Part shown: one piece after another, positions 17,101-26,768 of the stretch | Position numbering within the stretch: the stretch's first letter is position 1 | Layout of the letters: each line of letters opens with the position of its first letter | Source of the DNA: Flavobacteriales bacterium | GTDB taxonomy: Bacteria > Bacteroidota > Bacteroidia > Flavobacteriales_F > PHOS-HE28 | Direction of reading: 5' to 3' | Assembly (NCBI GenBank): GCA_016788285.1 | Contig: JAEUSW010000063.1 | Span: 1-62,124 of the forward strand | Length of the DNA: 62,124 bases | Notes under the pieces: generated by a model | Told to the model about the DNA's origin: nothing | Seen by the model: the letters and a program-made list of their open reading frames with translations, nothing else | Database searches by the model: none | Program-made: the position numbers and the translations under genes

Positions 17101-19164
17101 TCAACGCCCCACGATGACGAATTCGGTGCGGCGGTTGCGCGCGCGGCCGGCCTCGGTGTCGTTGGAGGCCACGGGCTTGCCGGCGCCATAGCCCTTGAAG
17201 GCAAGGCGCTTGGCGGCGATGCCATGGGATTGCAGGTAGCCCATCACGGTGAAGGCGCGGTCGTTGCTGAGGGCCAGGTTGTCCGCGTCGTTGCCCACGT
17301 TGTCGGTGTGGCCTTCGATGCGGATGCTCACCGTGGGGTTGTCCTTCAGGAAGTCGATGAGCTGGTCGAGGATGTGCTCGCTGGCCTTGGTGATCTCGGC
17401 CGAGTTGGTGGCGTAGGTGATGTCGTTCACCTTGTAGCTGCGGCCCACCTCGATGCGCTGCACGGTCATGTCCACCTCGGCGGTGACCCCGCGTGCGGTG
17501 TCCGCCAGGCTGAAGGCGCGCGAGTCGAACACGTGGTCCTTTTTGGTGACGGTCATGATGACATCGGCGCCCTTGCGCAGGTTGACGACCGTGGCGTAGC
17601 GCCCGTCGGTGGGATCCACCTGCAGCACCTCGGTGCGGCGCGTGTCCATGTAGGTGATCTCCACCTTGGCGTCGGACACCACCTCGCCGTTCTCGTCGCG
17701 CACCTCGCCCTTCACGATGAGGATGTCCTCCGGACGGGCATCGGTGGGCAGTGCGAAGCCATAGATGTCCAGCCCGCCCACCCCGCGGAACCGGCTGCTG
17801 GCGAAGAGCGCGGTGCTGCCGTCGGCGCTCACGATCAGCCCGTGGTCGTCCTGCTCGGTGTTGATGGGGTGGCCGATGTTGCGGGGGGTGTCCCAGCTGC
17901 CATCGTCCTTCATGCGGCTGAAGAAGATGTCGTAGCCGCCCACGCCGCGGTGGCCGCGCCCTTCCTGGGCCTCGCCGTTCTCATCCACCGCCGGCCGCGC
18001 GGCGAAATACAGGGTGCGGCTGTCGCTGTGCAGGAAGGGGGCCTTCTCATCGCCCGCCGTGTTGATGGGGCCCGGCACCGGCTGCGCCTTGCTCCACACC
18101 CCCTGGTCGTCGCGCGTGCTGAAGTAGATGTCGGTGCCCTTGCTGTCCGGACGCACCGTGGCGAAGAAGAGCGTGCGGCCATCGGCGCTCAGCGTGGGCT
18201 GGCTCTCCCAGCCGTCCACCGTGTTCACCGCCGGGCCCAGGTCCTCCAGGCCGGTCCACTCCCACTTCTGCTGCCCGCTGCCGAAGTCCATGTGCGTGTT
18301 GTAGTGCGAACGGAAGATGTCGCAGTTGCGGTAGCCCTTGTCGTCGGGCGCGCCGCACACGGTGACGAACATCTCGCGGTTGTTCACGCTGATGGTGACC
18401 CCGCCGTAGCTGTCGCCCAGGTTGAACGGATCGGGCAGCGCGCGGCCTTTGTCGTGGTCCTTGTACCCGGCGGGACGCCGGCTTTCGGTGAGCTCCTCCA
18501 CGTCCTTGGCCACCAGGTCGCCCTTCGCCTGGTACTTGCTCTTGCGTGTGAAGAAGAGCAGTTCGTTGTCCGGGCTCAGCATGGGCAGGTACTCGTCCGC
18601 CGCCGTGCACACGTTGGGCAGCGGCCTGGGGTCCAGCGGTGCGGTGTTGCGGTAGAAGTCCATGTGGAAGCGCAGCTCGGGCATCAGCTCCTCCACATCG
18701 GCGGTCTTCTTGTCCACGTCCTTGCTGAACTTGCTCTGATCGTCGGTGGGGAACTTCAGGAAGGCCTGGAAGGCCTTGGCCGCTTCGGCGTACTCGCCCT
18801 TCGCATAGTGCGCGGCGCCGAGGTAGTAGTGCACATCGCTGTGCCGGTCGGGGCATCGGGCCTGCAGACGCTCGAAGTAGGTGATGGCGGGCTTGAGGTC
18901 GGCCCCGCCTTCACGCGCCCGCTTGTACGCCGAGATGCCGAGCTGGAAGAGGCATTCGGCGCAGTCCGGGTCCACCTCCTGGGTCTCCTTGAGCTTTTGG
19001 TGGCGCGCTGCGCCATCCTTGGCCTTGGCGGCCTCGTCCAGGAGCTTCAGCACCTTCTTGTCCGTGGGCGGACCGCACGGGTCGTTCTCCCCGTCCTGAG
19101 CCATGGCGGATGCACCGAGCAGCAGCGCCGCAGTGATCAGGGCGGCCTTGATGATGTCGTTCAT
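17101..19164 (-). CDS. OmpA-family protein with TPR and PD40/TolB-like beta-propeller repeats
   Basis: C-terminal OmpA domain (IEGHTDNVGNDADNLALSNDRA, NRRTEFVIV). Start at MNDIIKAALITAALLLGASAMAQ; the track start at 19179 is a GTG. Confidence 0.85.
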   Translation of the reverse strand: MNDIIKAALITAALLLGASAMAQDGENDPCGPPTDKKVLKLLDEAAKAKDGAARHQKLKETQEVDPDCAECLFQLGISAYKRAREGGADLKPAITYFERLQARCPDRHSDVHYYLGAAHYAKGEYAEAAKAFQAFLKFPTDDQSKFSKDVDKKTADVEELMPELRFHMDFYRNTAPLDPRPLPNVCTAADEYLPMLSPDNELLFFTRKSKYQAKGDLVAKDVEELTESRRPAGYKDHDKGRALPDPFNLGDSYGGVTISVNNREMFVTVCGAPDDKGYRNCDIFRSHYNTHMDFGSGQQKWEWTGLEDLGPAVNTVDGWESQPTLSADGRTLFFATVRPDSKGTDIYFSTRDDQGVWSKAQPVPGPINTAGDEKAPFLHSDSRTLYFAARPAVDENGEAQEGRGHRGVGGYDIFFSRMKDDGSWDTPRNIGHPINTEQDDHGLIVSADGSTALFASSRFRGVGGLDIYGFALPTDARPEDILIVKGEVRDENGEVVSDAKVEITYMDTRRTEVLQVDPTDGRYATVVNLRKGADVIMTVTKKDHVFDSRAFSLADTARGVTAEVDMTVQRIEVGRSYKVNDITYATNSAEITKASEHILDQLIDFLKDNPTVSIRIEGHTDNVGNDADNLALSNDRAFTVMGYLQSHGIAAKRLAFKGYGAGKPVASNDTEAGRARNRRTEFVIVGR

Positions 19165-19208
19165 GCCGTTCGTCTTCACAGGGCCTCCGCAAGGGCCATG
19201 CCCCTTCG

Positions 19209-22046
19209 CTACTTGATCGTGGTGTTGGTCTGCTCGGCCTTGGCGATGAGGGCATCGCCCTGCTTGCGGGCCTCGGCCACGATGCCGTCGGCCTTCCTGT
19301 CGGCTTCGGCGATGGCCTTCTGCTCCTGCTTGTCGGCCTCCTTCTTGGCGGCATCGGCCACGGCCTTGGCGGCCATCTTGGCCAGGGGATTGGTCACCTT
19401 CGCCAGCTCGTCGTCGGCGGCCTTGTAGGCCTGTCCCTTGATGTTGGCCGCTTCACGCCGGGCGGTGGCCTTCAGGTTGTCCGCCTGCTTCTGCGCTTCG
19501 GCCAGCAGCTTGGCCGCCTCCTCCCGCGCCCGGGCGATGGCCTCTTCCTTGGCCTTGTCGATCTGCTGGTTCAGCTCCTGCTTCACCTCGGTCACGATGG
19601 TCTCCTTGAGGTTGCTTCCGCCGCCGGCGAACACCGGCTTCACCACCGGCTTGTCGATGGTGCCGGTGATCTTCGCGGTGACCTCGATCTCCGCGGGCAT
19701 CTGGAACCCGCTGCCGAGCACCTGGTTCGCCTGGCCCAGCCAGCCGGCCACCAGCTGGTTGGCCTGCGCACCGAACATGTCGGTGGGCACCTTCGCCTTC
19801 AGGTCGTAGTCGATGGCCTGGTCCGCAAAGGCCGTGCTGCCGCCCACGTTGGCCTTGATGCGGTCGATCTTCACATCGAAGGGCTTGGTGATCATCTTGC
19901 CGTCGCGGAACTCGTAGCTGAAGTCCACACTGGGCAGGGTGGTGTTGTCGATGCCCTTCACCTTGAAGGCCTTGGCCAGGTCCACCAGCGGCTGGAACCC
20001 GTCCACCCGCACGTTGCGCGTGCTGAGCGTGCCCTGGCCGGTGAGGCTCTCCATCACCGGGCTCATCGCGGCGTCCAGCTCGGTGCGCAGGCTCAGCGTG
20101 GTGCTGTACTTGCCCTTGCAGGTCTTGGCGATGGGCGCGAGCTTCTGCACGGTCTCCACGTACTGCACGGTCTTCTCGATGTCCATGTCGCGGATGTCGT
20201 AGCGCAGTTCGGCCACCGGTGTGCCCTTCTCCGGGGTGGCGTAGGACCCGTCGAGCCCCACGCGCCCTTCGAAGAGCCCGAACACCAGCTTGTTCAGGTC
20301 CACCCGCCGGTCGTGGATGTGCACACCGCCCTTGAGCCCGGTGAGCGTGAGGTCGTCGTAGATCACCTCGCCGGCCTCGGCGCTGAGGCGGAAGTTGATG
20401 TTCGCCGGCACTTCGATGACGGTCATGGCGGCGGTGTCGGCCGGGGCGCTCTCGGCCGCGGCGGGCTCCTCGGGGCCCATCAGTTCGTTGAGGTCGAAGC
20501 GGCGGCTGGCCACGTCGAAGGTGCCCGTGAGGGTGCTGTCCTTCAGCCACCACAGCAGGTAGCTGTCGAAGCGGCCCTTGGCCCGCACGTCGCTGCCGCC
20601 CAGGGTGCCGTCGAAGCCGTTCAGCGCCAGGTAGCGTGGGCTGAGCGCCAGGTCGAGCGTGGTGATGCCCACCGGCCAGGGGAGCGAGTCGCTGCGGTAG
20701 GTCATGCCGCTCAGCAGCACCCGGCCCTCGGCGGTGAACTTCTCGAAGCGCTGCGCCTCGATGTCGCTCACGGCGCCCTTCACCTTCACGTCCACATCGA
20801 GCTTGCCGTTCAGCTCGTCACCCTTCTCCAAGGGCACCACGCGCTTCAGGCTGGCGAGGTCGAGCTTGGCCTGCGCCGCCAGGTCCACGCGCGGATCGCT
20901 CATCGGGCGCTCCAGGTGCAGCCGGGCGTTCACCGGGTTGGTGGCCACCTGCATGGCGAAGACGGGCACATCGATCACCATGCCGTCCAGGTCCTTGCCC
21001 TGCGGGCTCACGATGGAGGCCTTCACCTGGATGCGCTCCACGCTCTCGGGCAGGTCGGGGTACTTGAAGCGGCCGTTCTCCACGGCGATGTCGAGCCCGA
21101 AGCCGGGCATCGTGCTGTCGTTGTAGGTGCCCTTCACGTACCCGGCGAAGGCCGCCTTGCCGCTCATGTCCACCCCTTCCAGGTCCTTGGCGAAGGCCGC
21201 GGGCACCATCGACAACAGCGCGCCCAGCTCGTTCTTCTTCAGCGCCCAGGTGATGTCCATGTCGATGTCGTCCGCCGGCATGGCCAGCCAGCCGTCGAAG
21301 CCCAGGGTGAGCCGGTTGATGACGGCCTCGTTCTCCTTGAAGGTGAACTTCATGCCGGCCATGTCCATGTCCAGGTCGGCGGTGATGTCGGCCACCGCGC
21401 GCTGCAGATAACGCACGCCGTCGAAGAGCACGTCCACGGTGTCCACATGCGTGGTGGTGGACAGGGTGAAGAGGTCCTGGGTGAAGTCGCCCGTGCCCTT
21501 GTGGTCCAGGCCCAGCAGGTCCATGCGGAAGGCGAGGGTGCTGTCGTCGTACACCACGCGCCCGTCCTCGATCCAGTACTCGCGCAGGCCGATGGAGAAG
21601 CCGCCGCCCGTGTCGGCCGGAGCTTCCGCCGCGCTGCTGTCCGGCAGGGTGATGTCCCAGTTCGCCTTTCCATCGGCGCGCACCACGGCATGGATCCGCG
21701 GCCGCACCAGGCCGATCCGCTTGATGTCCACCTTGTCCCCGAACACGCTCTTGATGTCCACCGTGGCGGTGAGCGAGCCGATGTCGGCCAGGCACACGCC
21801 CTCGAAGGGGGCCTTGTTGCAGAGCTTCACGCCGGCCACCTCCACGGTGAGGTCGGGGAAGCTGCGCAGCAGGGTGATGTCCCACTCACCCCACTCCACC
21901 GTGGCGTTGAGGGTGGCGTTCACCTGTTCCTTCACCAGGGCCTCGATGCGGTCCTTGAACAGGACGGGGATGAGGATGATGGCGGCGATCAGCAGCACCA
22001 CCAGGACGACCCCGGCGATGACGATGCGTTTGAACCATTTGCCCAT
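19209..22046 (-). CDS. AsmA-family protein with a Lys/Ala/Glu-rich C-terminal coiled-coil
   Basis: Start at MGKWFKRIVIAGVVLVVLLIAAIILIPV (N-terminal anchor). Long beta-rich body typical of the AsmA/TamB-like family. Confidence 0.85.
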   Translation of the reverse strand: MGKWFKRIVIAGVVLVVLLIAAIILIPVLFKDRIEALVKEQVNATLNATVEWGEWDITLLRSFPDLTVEVAGVKLCNKAPFEGVCLADIGSLTATVDIKSVFGDKVDIKRIGLVRPRIHAVVRADGKANWDITLPDSSAAEAPADTGGGFSIGLREYWIEDGRVVYDDSTLAFRMDLLGLDHKGTGDFTQDLFTLSTTTHVDTVDVLFDGVRYLQRAVADITADLDMDMAGMKFTFKENEAVINRLTLGFDGWLAMPADDIDMDITWALKKNELGALLSMVPAAFAKDLEGVDMSGKAAFAGYVKGTYNDSTMPGFGLDIAVENGRFKYPDLPESVERIQVKASIVSPQGKDLDGMVIDVPVFAMQVATNPVNARLHLERPMSDPRVDLAAQAKLDLASLKRVVPLEKGDELNGKLDVDVKVKGAVSDIEAQRFEKFTAEGRVLLSGMTYRSDSLPWPVGITTLDLALSPRYLALNGFDGTLGGSDVRAKGRFDSYLLWWLKDSTLTGTFDVASRRFDLNELMGPEEPAAAESAPADTAAMTVIEVPANINFRLSAEAGEVIYDDLTLTGLKGGVHIHDRRVDLNKLVFGLFEGRVGLDGSYATPEKGTPVAELRYDIRDMDIEKTVQYVETVQKLAPIAKTCKGKYSTTLSLRTELDAAMSPVMESLTGQGTLSTRNVRVDGFQPLVDLAKAFKVKGIDNTTLPSVDFSYEFRDGKMITKPFDVKIDRIKANVGGSTAFADQAIDYDLKAKVPTDMFGAQANQLVAGWLGQANQVLGSGFQMPAEIEVTAKITGTIDKPVVKPVFAGGGSNLKETIVTEVKQELNQQIDKAKEEAIARAREEAAKLLAEAQKQADNLKATARREAANIKGQAYKAADDELAKVTNPLAKMAAKAVADAAKKEADKQEQKAIAEADRKADGIVAEARKQGDALIAKAEQTNTTIK

Positions 22047-22067
22047 GGTGCGTTCGGGATGAGGGTG

Positions 22068-22075
22068 CAAAGATC
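22068..22075 (-). promoter_or_regulatory. putative -7 box GATCTTTG, 21 nt upstream of the asmA-like ATG
   Basis: rc of caaagatc. Confidence 0.35.
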
Positions 22076-22145
22076 ATGCGGTGGCCGGGCGACCACGGCC
22101 GCGATCCGTTCGGGTTGCGAACAACGATCGTGGATGGAAGGTGGG

Positions 22146-23222
22146 TCAGATGCGTGCCGAGCGCTGCCGGAGCAGATGGTCGGCCAGAACCAGGCAGGCC
22201 ATGGCCTCCACGACGGGCACGGCGCGCGGCACCACGCAGGGGTCATGGCGGCCGCGCCCCTCCAGCACCACCGGCCGGCCCTCGCGGTCCACGGAGGCCT
22301 GCGGCCGCATCACGGTGGCGGGCGGCTTGAAGGCCACGTCGAACACGATGTCGGCCCCGGTGCTGATGCCGCCCTGCACGCCACCGCCGCGGTTGGTGGT
22401 GCTGCGGATGCCACCGGCGCCATCGGGCTCCAGGGCATCGTTGTGCGTCGAGCCGCGCATGGCCGCCGCGGCGAAGCCCGAGCCCACTTGGAAGCCCTTC
22501 ACCGCGTTGATGCTCAACAGGGCCTTGCCGAGGTCGGCGTGCAGCTTGTCGAACACGGGTTCACCCAGGCCGGGAGGGATCCCCGAAAGGCGGGCGCTGA
22601 CGCATCCGCCGATGCTGTCCCCTTCGGCCCGCACCGCCTCGATCAAGGCCGCCATGGCCATGGCGGTGGGTGGATGCGGACAACGCACGGGGCTGGACCA
22701 GGCATCGGCGGGATCGAACGGATGATCGCCGAGCCGCAGATCGCCCACCTGCGACACCCAGGCCTGCACGCGCACTCCCGCCGTGGCGAGGAGCTGGCGC
22801 GCGATGGAGCCGCCCACGACGCGGCAGGCGGTCTCCCGCGCACTGCTGCGGCCACCTCCCCGGTGATCGCGCACCCCGTACTTCTGCTCCCACGTGAGGT
22901 CGGCATGACCGGGCCGGTACGTGTCCTTCAGGTGCTCGTAATCCTGCGGCCGGGCGTCGGTGTTGCGGATCAGGAAACCGATCGGCGTGCCCAGCGTCAC
23001 GCCGTCCATCACGCCGCTCACCAGCTCCACGCGGTCGCCCTCGCGGCGTGCCGTGCCGAGCTCGGTGCTGCCCGGGCGTCGGCGGTCCAGCTCCTGCTGC
23101 ACGGCCTCCAGGTCGAGGTGCAGACCGGCCGGACAGCCTTCCACCACCCCGCCGATGGCCGCATCGTGGCTGGCGCCGAAGGTGGTGAGGCGGAAGATCC
23201 GCCCCGTGCTGTTGCCCGACAT
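22146..23222 (-). CDS. aroC: chorismate synthase
   Basis: 358 aa from MSGNSTGRIFRLTTFGASHD. Blocks RPGHADLT, GGGRSSARET and GRHDPCVVPRAVPV. Confidence 0.95.
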   Translation of the reverse strand: MSGNSTGRIFRLTTFGASHDAAIGGVVEGCPAGLHLDLEAVQQELDRRRPGSTELGTARREGDRVELVSGVMDGVTLGTPIGFLIRNTDARPQDYEHLKDTYRPGHADLTWEQKYGVRDHRGGGRSSARETACRVVGGSIARQLLATAGVRVQAWVSQVGDLRLGDHPFDPADAWSSPVRCPHPPTAMAMAALIEAVRAEGDSIGGCVSARLSGIPPGLGEPVFDKLHADLGKALLSINAVKGFQVGSGFAAAAMRGSTHNDALEPDGAGGIRSTTNRGGGVQGGISTGADIVFDVAFKPPATVMRPQASVDREGRPVVLEGRGRHDPCVVPRAVPVVEAMACLVLADHLLRQRSARI

Positions 23223-23226
23223 GGGG

Positions 23227-23234
23227 CAAATGTA
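23227..23234 (-). promoter_or_regulatory. -7 box TACATTTG (perfect TAnnTTTG), 4 nt upstream of the aroC ATG
   Basis: rc of caaatgta. The spacing implies a leaderless transcript. Confidence 0.5.
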
Positions 23235-23417
23235 CCCGACCCGCCGGGCCGTTCGAGGGAACGCGACCTCCGTACCCCGGGGCAGCCAACGGTATTGTTC
23301 CTTTGGAACCCCCGTGCCACCTTTGCCCGTATAGCGGACCTGTACCCGAACGAATCCGTGCGCGAGCAACGCCTCAAGGTCCGTGACCTGCGGACACGCA
23401 CCGCTCCCCTGCGAGTG

Positions 23418-24563
23418 ATGTACGCCACCAGCATGGACCCGACCGACGTCAGGGCCTGGAGCGGGACGGTGCGGTTCATCGCCAAGAGCCTCGAGGACCA
23501 GCAGGTGCAGATGCGCTACCTCGGCGATCTGCAGCGCACCCGCGTGCTTCTGCGCAAGGCGGTGAACAAGGTGCAGCACTGGATCTCGCCGGACAGCATC
23601 TTCCCGGTGGAGCGCACCACCGCCATGGCGAAACGCTTCGCCGGCCAGATCGGCGAGGCGCTCGCGGAGAGCGATTGCGATCTGGTCTTCTCGCCCAGCA
23701 GCATCCCGGTGGCCCTGCTGCGCTGCGACCGGCCGAAGGTGTTCTACACCGACGCCACCTTCGCCGGCATCCTGGACCTGTACCCGGAGTACCGCAACTA
23801 CCCCAAGCGCTACCTCCAGCAGGGGCATGACCTGGAACGGGAGGCGCTGCGCAGCTGCGACCTGGCCATCTACTCGAGCGAATGGGCCGCCCGCACCGCC
23901 GTGGAGCACTATGACGCCGACCCCTCACGGATCCGGGTGGTGCCCTTCGGCTGCAACCTGGACCGCATCCCGGCGCGCTCACGCATCGAGCAGGTGATCG
24001 ACAGCCGGCCCGTGGAACGATGCGAGCTGCTCTTCCTGGCGGTGAGCTGGGAGCGCAAGGGCGGTGACATCGCGCTGCGGACGGCGGAGCATCTGCATGC
24101 ACAGGGGCTCTCGGTGCGGCTCACCATCGTGGGCTGTACACCGCCCGTGGCGAAGCTCCCGTCCTACGTGGAGGTGGTCCCGTTCATCGCCAAGAACACG
24201 GCGGCCGGGCAGCGCCGCATCGCCAACCTCATCCAGCGGTCCCACTTCCTGCTGCTCCCCACCCGCGCCGATTGCTCGCCCATCGTCTTCAGCGAATGCA
24301 ACGCCTTCGGCGTCCCCTGCATCACCACCGCCGTGGGCGGAACCCCCAGTTCGGTCAGGAACGGGGTGAACGGTCTGGCCCTGCCCTTGGAGGCCGACGC
24401 CGAGGCCTATGCCGCGGCGATCGCTGAACTGATGATCGGGCCGGAGCGGTACCGCGCACTGGCCCATGGCGCGCTGAACGAGCACCATGAGCGGTTGAAC
24501 TGGAACAGCGCCGGCCTCACCCTGCGGCGCCACCTGGAGGAGCTGCTGGCCGCGCGGGGCTGA
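23418..24563 (+). CDS. glycosyltransferase family 4 (GT-B fold)
   Basis: Only the last 381 codons of the 1416-aa track ORF look real. MYATSMDP start, LLFLAVSWERKGG, and ECNAFGVPCITTAVGG (E-x7-E-type region). Confidence 0.85.
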   Translation: MYATSMDPTDVRAWSGTVRFIAKSLEDQQVQMRYLGDLQRTRVLLRKAVNKVQHWISPDSIFPVERTTAMAKRFAGQIGEALAESDCDLVFSPSSIPVALLRCDRPKVFYTDATFAGILDLYPEYRNYPKRYLQQGHDLEREALRSCDLAIYSSEWAARTAVEHYDADPSRIRVVPFGCNLDRIPARSRIEQVIDSRPVERCELLFLAVSWERKGGDIALRTAEHLHAQGLSVRLTIVGCTPPVAKLPSYVEVVPFIAKNTAAGQRRIANLIQRSHFLLLPTRADCSPIVFSECNAFGVPCITTAVGGTPSSVRNGVNGLALPLEADAEAYAAAIAELMIGPERYRALAHGALNEHHERLNWNSAGLTLRRHLEELLAARG

Positions 24564-24584
24564 TCGCCGCGCTACCTTGCCCGC

Positions 24585-25100
24585 ATGATCGACGAAGCGC
24601 GCTTCCTGGCGGCCATGATGGACCGCACCCGTGACTATACGATGTACTACCTCGGCCGCCTGCTGAAGGCCGATCCCGACGGCACCAACGGCACCCTCCA
24701 CAAACGGTTCGTGTGCGAGGGCAAGTCCCTCAACTCGGCCTTCTGGCTGGTGGCGCACCTGGCCACCAGCGAGAACGGGCTGTTGCTGCGCAGCACGGGC
24801 GGTCCGGTCATCAAGTTCAGCTGGGCGAAGCACTATACCCTGGGCGCCCACGGCGCACCGGAGGCCGAACGGCCGCACGTGGAGGAGGTCCTGCACATGT
24901 TCCACGAGGTGCACCGCCAGGCCATCGCTCACGTGGCCACCCTGGGCGAAGAGGCGCTCAGCGCGCCCAACCCGACCGGGCTCCCCTTCGGTGGAGCGGG
25001 ACAGGTGCGCGATGTCATCATGCACGCCATCCGCCACGAAGGCAGCCACATCGGCCACCTGGGATGGCTGTGCAAGCTGCACGGCATCCCCACCGTGTGA
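24585..25100 (+). CDS. DinB-family protein
   Basis: Four-helix DinB signature with His residues (WLVAHLATSE, HAIRHEGSHIGHL). Confidence 0.85.
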   Translation: MIDEARFLAAMMDRTRDYTMYYLGRLLKADPDGTNGTLHKRFVCEGKSLNSAFWLVAHLATSENGLLLRSTGGPVIKFSWAKHYTLGAHGAPEAERPHVEEVLHMFHEVHRQAIAHVATLGEEALSAPNPTGLPFGGAGQVRDVIMHAIRHEGSHIGHLGWLCKLHGIPTV

Positions 25101-25112
25101 AGGCCGGCCTGG

Positions 25113-25143
25113 GCGCCTGTTCGCGATCGCTTCGAACAGGCGC
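25113..25143. terminator. hairpin between convergent genes (11-bp stem GCGCCTGTTCG / CGAACAGGCGC, 9-nt loop)
   Basis: Perfect inverted repeat between the DinB stop (25100) and the nhaD stop (25144). There is no U-tract. Confidence 0.45.
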
Positions 25144-26454
25144 TCAGTGCCACATCAGCCAGAAGGTGAGGATCCCGCCGACGTAGCCCAGGGCGGCCGG
25201 CACCGTCATGCGGCGCACGTACCACATGAAGTCGATGCCCAGGATGCCCATCACGGCCACGCCGGCCGCGCTGCCGATGATGAGCATGCTGCCGCCCGTG
25301 CCCGCGCAATAGGCCAGCAGCTCCCAGAAGGCATGGTCCGCGGGGAACTGCGTCATCGGGTACATGCCCATGGCCGCCGCCACCAGCGGCACGTTGTCCA
25401 CGATGGCGCTCAGCATGCCGATCACCGTGTTGATGGCGTAGATGTTGCCCAGCGACCGGTCCAGCAGGTGCGCCATGTCCGTGAGGTGACCCGCCACCTG
25501 AAGGCCGGCCACCGCCACCAGGATCCCCAGGAAGAACAGGATGCTGCTGTGGTCGATCCGCTTCAGGATCGAGGACACCGTCATGTGCTGCCGCTCGGAC
25601 CACTGCGGATGCCGCAGGTGGATGAACTCGGTGAAGACCCACAGCACGCCCAGGCCGAGCATCAGTCCCATGAACGGCGGCAGGTGCGTCACCGACTTGA
25701 AGAGAGGCACCCCCAGCAGCGTGGCCATGCCGATGAAGAAGACGAGGTACTTCTCCCGGGTGCCCAGGCGCGCCGCGGAACCCTCCTCCTGCTGCGGCGG
25801 CAGGTCCACCAGGTTCAGGCGCCCCTTGGCCCGCACGGACAACCACAGCAAGGGCAGCACCAGGCACACCACGCTCGGCAGGAACAGCTTGAGCATGATG
25901 TTGGCCGTGGTGACCTGCCCGCCGATCCACAGCATGATGGTGGTGACGTCGCCGATCGGACTCCAGGCGCCCCCGGCGTTGGCCGCGATGATCACCAGGC
26001 CGGCGAAGGTCCACACGTCGTCCTTGTCGCGGATGAACTTGCGGAGCAGCGCCGCCATCACGATCGCCGTGGTCATGTTGTCAAGCGCGGCGCTGAGGAA
26101 GAAGGTGAGGATGCCGATCACCCAGAGCAGGGCCCGCTTGTTGGTGCTGCGGATGCGGTCGGTGATGACGCGGAAGCCCTCGTGCGCGTCCATCAGTTCC
26201 ACCACCGCCATGGCGCCGAGCAGGAAGAAGAGGATGCTGGCGATCTCGCTGATGTGCTCGTAGAGCTGATGCAGCAGGTGCTCGTGGCCGCCTTCACCAG
26301 TGGGGAAGAGCTGCTCGTGCCCCAGCATGATCACCGTCCAGATGAGCATGCCGGTGAGCACGGCGCTCGCGGCCTTGTTCACCTTCAGGGGGTGCTCCAG
26401 CGCGATGCCGGCATAGCCGACGATGAAGATGAGGGCGATGAGCAGGTAGAGCAT
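25144..26454 (-). CDS. nhaD: NhaD-type Na+/H+ antiporter (ArsB/NhaD permease superfamily)
   Basis: Polytopic protein; AALDNMTTAIVM and SAIVDNVPLVAA are the paired NhaD motifs. The track start at 26475 is the TTG of a TAACCTTG box; the ATG at 26454 gives MLYLLIALIF. Confidence 0.85.
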   Translation of the reverse strand: MLYLLIALIFIVGYAGIALEHPLKVNKAASAVLTGMLIWTVIMLGHEQLFPTGEGGHEHLLHQLYEHISEIASILFFLLGAMAVVELMDAHEGFRVITDRIRSTNKRALLWVIGILTFFLSAALDNMTTAIVMAALLRKFIRDKDDVWTFAGLVIIAANAGGAWSPIGDVTTIMLWIGGQVTTANIMLKLFLPSVVCLVLPLLWLSVRAKGRLNLVDLPPQQEEGSAARLGTREKYLVFFIGMATLLGVPLFKSVTHLPPFMGLMLGLGVLWVFTEFIHLRHPQWSERQHMTVSSILKRIDHSSILFFLGILVAVAGLQVAGHLTDMAHLLDRSLGNIYAINTVIGMLSAIVDNVPLVAAAMGMYPMTQFPADHAFWELLAYCAGTGGSMLIIGSAAGVAVMGILGIDFMWYVRRMTVPAALGYVGGILTFWLMWH

Positions 26455-26552
26455 GGCCTCGGGAATGGGCCGCAAGGTTACGCAGCCCCCGAGGAACGCG
26501 CAGGGCCACCCCCCTGCGGGAGCGGCCCTGTTCGATGCGGACGGACCGGCCC

Positions 26553-26768
26553 TCAGCCCTTCTGCTTCACCGGGCAGGTGCTCATGCCCAAGGCGCTGTA
26601 GATCGGGCAGGTGCCCAACAGCGCGGTGAGCACGAAGATGCCGCCCAGCACGAGCAGCACGGTGCCCACCAGACCGGTCACGGTGCCGGAGAAGTACAGG
26701 TAGCCGAACACGAGGGCGAGCAGGATGCGGACGATGCGGTCGATGTTGCCGACGTTCTTCTTCATCAT
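26553..26768 (-). CDS. DUF2892 (YgaP-like) small membrane protein
   Basis: 71 aa from MMKKNVGNIDRIVRILLALVF, ending GTCPIYSALGMSTCP. Confidence 0.8.
   Translation of the reverse strand: MMKKNVGNIDRIVRILLALVFGYLYFSGTVTGLVGTVLLVLGGIFVLTALLGTCPIYSALGMSTCPVKQKG

Noticed and set aside
14262-17117. 951-aa plus-strand ORF. Similar long ORFs occur at 851-2548, 7978-10317, 39229-41643, 12648-upstream extensions and 11703-14483 beyond codon 290.
   Set aside because: All are opposite-strand or out-of-frame shadows of recognisable genes in a GC-rich genome. None carries a family signature.
20313-23417. The first ~1035 codons of the 1416-aa plus-strand ORF (20313-24563), which looks like a giant protein.
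   Set aside because: It runs antisense to the well-supported AsmA-like and aroC genes. It has an Ala/Gly/His/Val/Arg-rich, low-complexity composition typical of GC-shadow frames. Only the last 381 codons (23418-24563) match a glycosyltransferase.
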